Below, piece after piece: positions 24,472-29,045 of a DNA stretch of 29,045 nt. Origin of the DNA: a virus (lineage: Duplodnaviria > Heunggongvirae > Uroviricota > Caudoviricetes); IMG/VR virus record IMGVR_UViG_2778261464_000005, one strand, 5' to 3'. The stretch's first letter is position 1. Each line of letters starts with the position of its first letter. Made by a program: the position numbers and the translations under genes. The notes below the pieces were generated by a model. That model was not told the origin of the DNA and ran no database searches. It worked only from the letters and a program-made list of their open reading frames with translations.

Positions 24472-25951
24472 CACCATTCCGTCGAATACGCTGGTTCCGC
24501 TGTTTTATGCGGAAATGGATAACTCGGCGGCGAATACTGCACAGGACAGCGGGGCATCGTTGCTGATTGGTCACGCCAATAACGGTGCAGAGATTGTTGC
24601 CAACAGTCTGGTGCTGATGCCGTCGGCAGACTATGCACGCCAGATTTGTGGTGTGGGAAGTCAGCTGGCGCGTATGGTCGAGGCTTATCGCCAGACCGAC
24701 CCGTTTGGCGAGCTGTATGTGATTGCCGTTCCGGAAGCCACAGGCGCGGCGGCAACGGTTACGCTGACGGTGACCGGAGCAGCAACCGAAACCGGCACGG
24801 TGAATGTTTATGTGGGACGTACCCGCGTGCAGGCACCGGTGACCAACGGCGATAACGTCACGACGATTGCCAGCAGTATCAAAGATGCCATCAATGCCGT
24901 TCCGGCCCTGCCGTTTACGGCTTCATCTTCGGCAGGCGTGGTCACACTGACCGCGCGTCATAAGGGGCTTTGCGGGAATGAAATTCCTGTCAGCCTCAAT
25001 TACTACGGCTTTGGTGGGGGCGAAGTGCTGCCAGCGGGCGTACAGATTGCCGTGGCGACGGGTACCGCCGGAACGGGTGCTCCGGTTCTCACCGGCGCGG
25101 TGGCTGCAATGGCGGATGAGCCGTTTGATTATATCGGACTGCCGTTCAACGACACGGCCTCCGTTAACACGCTGGTGACCGAGATGAACGATACCAGCGG
25201 TCGCTGGAGCTATGCGCGTCAGCTGTATGGTCATGTGTATACGGCAAAGATCGGCACGCTGTCAGAACTGGTGACCGCAGGTGACCAGTTTAACCAGCAG
25301 CACATTACCCTGGCGGGGTACGAAAAAGAGACCCAGACGCCTGCCGACGAACTGGCGGCAAGCCGTACCGCCCGCGCAGCGGTGTTTATTCGCAACGATC
25401 CGGCACGTCCCACGCAGACCGGTGAGCTGGTGGGTATGCTGCCTGCGCCGAAGGGGAAACGGTTCACGATGACCGAACAACAGACCCTGCTGTCTCATGG
25501 CGTGGCAACGGCGTATGTCGAAAGCGGGGTACTGCGCATTCAGCGTGATGTCACCACGTACAGGAAAAACGCTTACGGGGTTGCGGATAACAGCTACCTA
25601 GACAGTGAGACTCTGCATACCAGCGCGTATGTACTGCGCAAACTGAAATCCGTCATTACCAGTAAGTACGGGCGTCACAAGCTTGCCAGTGACGGTACCC
25701 GCTTTGGTCCCGGTCAGGCGATTGTCACCCCGGCGGTGATCAAAGGGGAACTGCTGGCAACCTACCGTCAGCTTGAGCGTGCGGGGATCGTGGAAAACTA
25801 CGCACTGTTTAAGCAGTACCTGGTTGTGGAGCGTGATGCCAGCGATCCGAACCGCCTGAACACGCTGTTCCCGCCTGACTATGTTAACCAGTTGCGTGTC
25901 TTTGCCGTGGTTAACCAGTTCCGTCTTCAGTATTCAGAGGAGTCCGCATAA
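24455..25951 (+). CDS. Contractile tail sheath protein (Mu-like)
   Basis: 498 aa directly upstream of the tube and chaperone genes; size and order match myovirus sheath proteins. Confidence 0.75.
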   Translation: MTISFNTIPSNTLVPLFYAEMDNSAANTAQDSGASLLIGHANNGAEIVANSLVLMPSADYARQICGVGSQLARMVEAYRQTDPFGELYVIAVPEATGAAATVTLTVTGAATETGTVNVYVGRTRVQAPVTNGDNVTTIASSIKDAINAVPALPFTASSSAGVVTLTARHKGLCGNEIPVSLNYYGFGGGEVLPAGVQIAVATGTAGTGAPVLTGAVAAMADEPFDYIGLPFNDTASVNTLVTEMNDTSGRWSYARQLYGHVYTAKIGTLSELVTAGDQFNQQHITLAGYEKETQTPADELAASRTARAAVFIRNDPARPTQTGELVGMLPAPKGKRFTMTEQQTLLSHGVATAYVESGVLRIQRDVTTYRKNAYGVADNSYLDSETLHTSAYVLRKLKSVITSKYGRHKLASDGTRFGPGQAIVTPAVIKGELLATYRQLERAGIVENYALFKQYLVVERDASDPNRLNTLFPPDYVNQLRVFAVVNQFRLQYSEESA

Positions 25952-26307
25952 TGGCCCGTATCGGGGGAACCTGTTATTTCAAAATTGACGGTCAGCAGCT
26001 ATCGCTGACCGGCGGCATTGAGGTGCCCATGAACAGGACGGTCAATGATGACATCATCGGCCTGGACGGTTCAGTGGACCGCAAGGAAACTCACCGTGCG
26101 CCTTATGTCAAAGGGACCTTCAAGGTGCCGAAGAATTTTCCGGTGAGCAAAATCACCTCGTCTGATGAGATGACCATCACTGCCGAGCTGGCGAACGGTC
26201 AGGTCTATGTACTGTCGTCTGCCTGGCTGCACGGCGAAGCGAACCATAATGCCGAAGAAGGCACGGTCGATCTTGAGTTCCACGGTGAAGAAGGGGATTA
26301 CCAGTAA
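25951..26307 (+). CDS. Tail tube protein
   Basis: 118 aa between the sheath and the tail assembly chaperone; start overlaps the sheath stop. Confidence 0.7.
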   Translation: MARIGGTCYFKIDGQQLSLTGGIEVPMNRTVNDDIIGLDGSVDRKETHRAPYVKGTFKVPKNFPVSKITSSDEMTITAELANGQVYVLSSAWLHGEANHNAEEGTVDLEFHGEEGDYQ

Positions 26308-26576
26308 TGAAAGAGCTTGAGTTAAAGAAACCGATTACCGCTCATGGCGAGACACTCTCCGTACTGGAGTTTGATGAGCCCACCGGGAAAGATGTCCGCG
26401 AGCTGGGGTATCCCTACCAGATGAATCAGGATGAGTCCGTCAGACTTCTGGCGCATGTGGTGTCGAAATACATTGTGCGGCTGGCGAAAGTGCCGCAAAG
26501 CTCTGTCGACCAGATGTCTCCGGCAGACCTGAATGCAGCGGCGTGGCTTGTGGCTGGTTTTTTCCTCCAGGCCTGA
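26307..26576 (+). CDS. Tail assembly chaperone (G-like, zero-frame product)
   Basis: 89 aa immediately upstream of the tape measure gene; ends ...WLVAGFFLQA and contains the slippery heptamer. Confidence 0.7.
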   Translation: MKELELKKPITAHGETLSVLEFDEPTGKDVRELGYPYQMNQDESVRLLAHVVSKYIVRLAKVPQSSVDQMSPADLNAAAWLVAGFFLQA

Positions 26577-26725
26577 CGGCTGAATACCTCACTGATCGCT
26601 TCTTTGACTGCGCCAGCTACTGGCGCATTAATCCCTTCGAATTGCTGAATATGCCGATCAGTGAAATTCCCTTGCTGGTCAGTCAGGCAAACAGGATAGA
26701 GCAGGAGAAACGCACACATGGCTGA
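26307..26725 (+). CDS. Tail assembly chaperone frameshift fusion product (GT-like)
   Basis: Zero frame 26307..26563 joined by -1 slippage to the frame of ORF 26543..26725; the conserved G/GT arrangement upstream of tape measure genes. Confidence 0.55.
26558..26564 (+). promoter_or_regulatory. Slippery heptamer T_TTT_TTC for programmed -1 ribosomal frameshift (G to GT fusion)
   Basis: In the zero frame the codons are GGT TTT TTC. A -1 slip continues into the frame of track ORF 26543..26725 (FFPPGLTAEYL...EKRTHG), which ends at 26725 overlapping the tape measure start. Confidence 0.6.
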
Positions 26726-28550
26726 ATTTGAGCTTAAGGCGTTGATCACCGGTGTCGACAGGCTTTCTCCCGCGCTGTCGAAAATGCAAAAGAAAATCCG
26801 GGGATTTAAACGCCAGGCGGAAGAAGCGTCACAGGGTGGGCTGGCGCTTGGTGGAGGACTGGCAGCGGGGCTGACGCTTTCCCTGAAATCTTATGCCGAT
26901 CAGGAAAACGCCGCTACCGGGCTGAAAGTCGCCATGATGGATGCGAACGGCGAGGTTGGAAAGAGCTTTCAGGACATCAATAAACTGGCTATTGGCCTGG
27001 GTAACCAGCTACCCGGTACAACGGCTGATTTCCAGAACATGATGCAGATGCTGGTGCGTCAGGGGATCCCGGCAGAAAACATTCTGGGTGGTGTGGGTAA
27101 AGCGACAGCTTATCTTGCGGTACAACTGAAAAAAACACCGGAAGCGGCTGCTGAGTTTGCTGCAAAGATGCAGGATGCTACCGGAACGGCGTCAGAAGAC
27201 ATGATGGGGCTGTTCGACACTATCCAGAAGGCGTTTTATCTGGGCGTTGACGATACCAACATGTTGTCCTTCTTCACTAAAACCAGTTCTGTTCTGAAGA
27301 TGGTGAACAAGGACGGTCTTCAGGCTGCACAGAGCCTTGCCCCCATCAGCGTCATGATGGATCAGATGGGGATGAACGGGGAGTCGGCAGGTAATGCCCT
27401 GCGAAAAGTTATCCAGTCCGGATTAAGTGTTAAGAAAATCAGGGACGTCAATAAAGTCATGGCCCGCCAGAAACTCGGGGTACAGCTCGATTTTACTGAC
27501 GGCAAAGGAAGTTTTGGCGGTCTTGATAACATGTTCAGGCAACTGGCAAAGTTGCGAAAACTGACCGACGTTAAGCGAACAGGCGTACTTAAGGCAATAT
27601 TTGGTGATGATGCCGAAACCCTTCAGGTGGTCAATGCCCTGATCGATAAAGGAAAGGATGGCTACGATCAGATCCAGCAGAAGATGAATAAACAGGCCAG
27701 CCTGAATAAACGTGTTCAGGCTCAGCTTGGTACGCTGTCCAACCTGTGGGAGGCAATGACGGGGACCGCAACTAACGGTCTTGCAGCTATTGGCGGAGCA
27801 TTTTCTGGTGACGCTAAAAATATCACGCAATGGCTGGGGGAGTTGGGGGAAAAATTCACGAAGTTTGCGGATGAAAATCCCCGGGTTATTCGCGGCGTCG
27901 TCGGGCTTGCTGCCGGTCTTGCGATTCTGAAACTGGGATTGATGGGCGTTGGCGGTGCCATCAGTATTGTCAGCAGGATCATGTCGATGACGCCGATTGG
28001 CATGATTGCGACGGCGATAGCCCTGGCTGCGGGATTAATTATCACTAACTGGGATGTTGTCGGACCTTATTTTAAGAAACTCTGGGAAACCATTGGTCCT
28101 TATTTTGAGGCTGGCTGGGAACTCCTTAAGAAAGTTTTTGCCTGGTCGCCGCTGGGGATGGTGATCAATAACTGGGGGCCGGTTGTTAAGTGGTTTCAGG
28201 ATATGTGGGACAAGCTGAAGCCAATTATTGAGTGGTTTACCGACAGTTCCGGTGACACGGTCGATGCCATTAACTCTGCGCAGTGGGGCGCGGGTGCTTA
28301 TGATGCTTATGGGACGGGAATACCGACGCGGGGATACACACCTTATCCGGCGGTGGATCCGGCTCAGTCAAACAACGCCTCCGATGCCACAGGCCCGAAT
28401 CCCTTCATGATTAACAAAGCTATCGCGCCAAAAGTTGATGGCGAGATCAAGGTTTCATTTATGAATATGCCACCAGGTATGCGGGTTACGGAAACACGTT
28501 CCAGTGGCATTGATATTAATCACGATGTTGGGTACACCAGATTTAGGTAA
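26718..28550 (+). CDS. Tail tape measure protein
   Basis: 610 aa, helix-rich with Gly/Ala-rich and hydrophobic segments (GLAAGLAILKLGLMGVGGAISIV), directly after the chaperone pair. Confidence 0.8.
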   Translation: MAEFELKALITGVDRLSPALSKMQKKIRGFKRQAEEASQGGLALGGGLAAGLTLSLKSYADQENAATGLKVAMMDANGEVGKSFQDINKLAIGLGNQLPGTTADFQNMMQMLVRQGIPAENILGGVGKATAYLAVQLKKTPEAAAEFAAKMQDATGTASEDMMGLFDTIQKAFYLGVDDTNMLSFFTKTSSVLKMVNKDGLQAAQSLAPISVMMDQMGMNGESAGNALRKVIQSGLSVKKIRDVNKVMARQKLGVQLDFTDGKGSFGGLDNMFRQLAKLRKLTDVKRTGVLKAIFGDDAETLQVVNALIDKGKDGYDQIQQKMNKQASLNKRVQAQLGTLSNLWEAMTGTATNGLAAIGGAFSGDAKNITQWLGELGEKFTKFADENPRVIRGVVGLAAGLAILKLGLMGVGGAISIVSRIMSMTPIGMIATAIALAAGLIITNWDVVGPYFKKLWETIGPYFEAGWELLKKVFAWSPLGMVINNWGPVVKWFQDMWDKLKPIIEWFTDSSGDTVDAINSAQWGAGAYDAYGTGIPTRGYTPYPAVDPAQSNNASDATGPNPFMINKAIAPKVDGEIKVSFMNMPPGMRVTETRSSGIDINHDVGYTRFR

Positions 28551-28557
28551 AGACGAA

Positions 28558-28579
28558 CAGGGAGGGCCGTCCCTCCCTG
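28558..28579. terminator. Perfect hairpin (CAGGGAGGG-CCGT-CCCTCCCTG) between the tape measure gene and the convergent moron; likely bidirectional terminator
   Basis: 9-bp perfect stem read directly; 8 nt after the tape measure stop and 4 nt after the minus-strand gene stop. Confidence 0.5.
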
Positions 28580-28582
28580 AAC

Positions 28583-29029
28583 TTACTGTGCGAACACGCA
28601 ATTTCGGCCTGATGGGGAGCCGACAATTCTGGACATTTTTTCGCAAATAACAGTTACTTGTTCTCCTTTTTTAAGAGCAGCAGCTGTTGATTTTTCAGAG
28701 TCTTGCATCTCCATTCTTGCTGGCATGAATTCATTTTCAGTTCTGAATTTAATAATTATAGAGTCAGTAAAGTCCTTATCAATGGATTGTACGATACCTC
28801 TAACGGCGATTAATTTACCTTTTAACTGTTCATCGGTAGCGACTTCATTTTCTTCATACTCTTTAAACAGCTGTCGAGCAGTAGTGTTGTAGATTTCTTT
28901 TTGCGGTGCCGCAGCTTCCGTATCGGATGAGTATGAAGAATTAGAGCCTTTATCGTTATTGCCTGCAAAATATCCAATAATCACCAACCCGATGAAAATA
29001 TATAAAATCCATTTTAATAATTTCTTCAT
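28583..29029 (-). CDS. Membrane-anchored/secreted hypothetical protein (AT-rich moron convergent with the tail genes)
   Basis: 148 aa with N-terminal signal/anchor (MKKLLKWILYIFIGLVIIGYFAG) and no lipobox Cys; AAGGTGA SD; low GC, on the opposite strand inside the tail cluster. Confidence 0.6.
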   Translation of the reverse strand: MKKLLKWILYIFIGLVIIGYFAGNNDKGSNSSYSSDTEAAAPQKEIYNTTARQLFKEYEENEVATDEQLKGKLIAVRGIVQSIDKDFTDSIIIKFRTENEFMPARMEMQDSEKSTAAALKKGEQVTVICEKMSRIVGSPSGRNCVFAQ

Positions 29030-29045
29030 GTTATCACCTTAATGC

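Noticed and set aside
24317-25498. ORFs 24317..24574(-), 24468..24755(-), 24646..24855(+), 24923..25234(-), 24978..25178(+), 25231..25467(-), 25262..25498(-) and 25281..25472(+)
   Set aside because: Within the 498-aa sheath gene; Arg-rich shadow frames typical of GC-rich coding DNA.
26071-28646. ORFs 26071..26283(-), 26426..26749(-), 27423..27830(-), 27722..28045(-), 28228..28410(+) and 28455..28646(-)
   Set aside because: Embedded in the tube, chaperone and tape measure genes or spanning the terminator hairpin; no independent support.
1-29045. CRISPR array, rRNA and tRNA genes
   Set aside because: No array of regularly spaced identical repeats with unique spacers was seen (the only tandem repeats are the 15-bp iterons inside a coding gene), and no rRNA-like or tRNA-like sequence was recognised, including near the int end where a tRNA target might be expected.

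Overview
This window is most of a mosaic lambdoid prophage from an enterobacterium (E. coli / Salmonella / Shigella type), running from its integrase end into the tail genes. All calls rest on reading the translated ORFs and the sequence by eye; no database search was run, so family names are recalled homology, and coordinates of repeats and hairpins are approximate (within a few nt). Left to right: a 5'-open membrane-protein ORF, an IS481-family (YagA-like) element with a frameshifted transposase, int and xis (minus strand), a GC-rich structured non-coding stretch, an AT-rich moron, the immunity region (S24-peptidase cI repressor, Cro/YdaS-like, CII/YdaT-like, palindromic operators), a replication initiator with in-gene iterons, a nin-like region (LexA-DNA-binding-domain-only protein, RusA, KilA-N protein, DUF968-like protein), antiterminator Q, the lysis cassette (holin, lambda-R-like endolysin, Rz/Rz1), a cluster of small morons, then HNH endonuclease, terminase small and large subunits, portal, prohead protease, HK97-fold capsid, connectors and a Mu-like contractile tail module (sheath, tube, chaperone with -1 frameshift, tape measure), ending with a convergent membrane-anchored moron. 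The strongest candidate for an undescribed system is an AT-rich two-gene minus-strand operon (10798-13000) inserted between Q and the lysis genes: a divergent NdpA/YejK-family nucleoid-associated protein homologue followed by a protein with two C-terminal transmembrane helices. I do not recognise this pairing as a named defence system, but could not search to confirm that.
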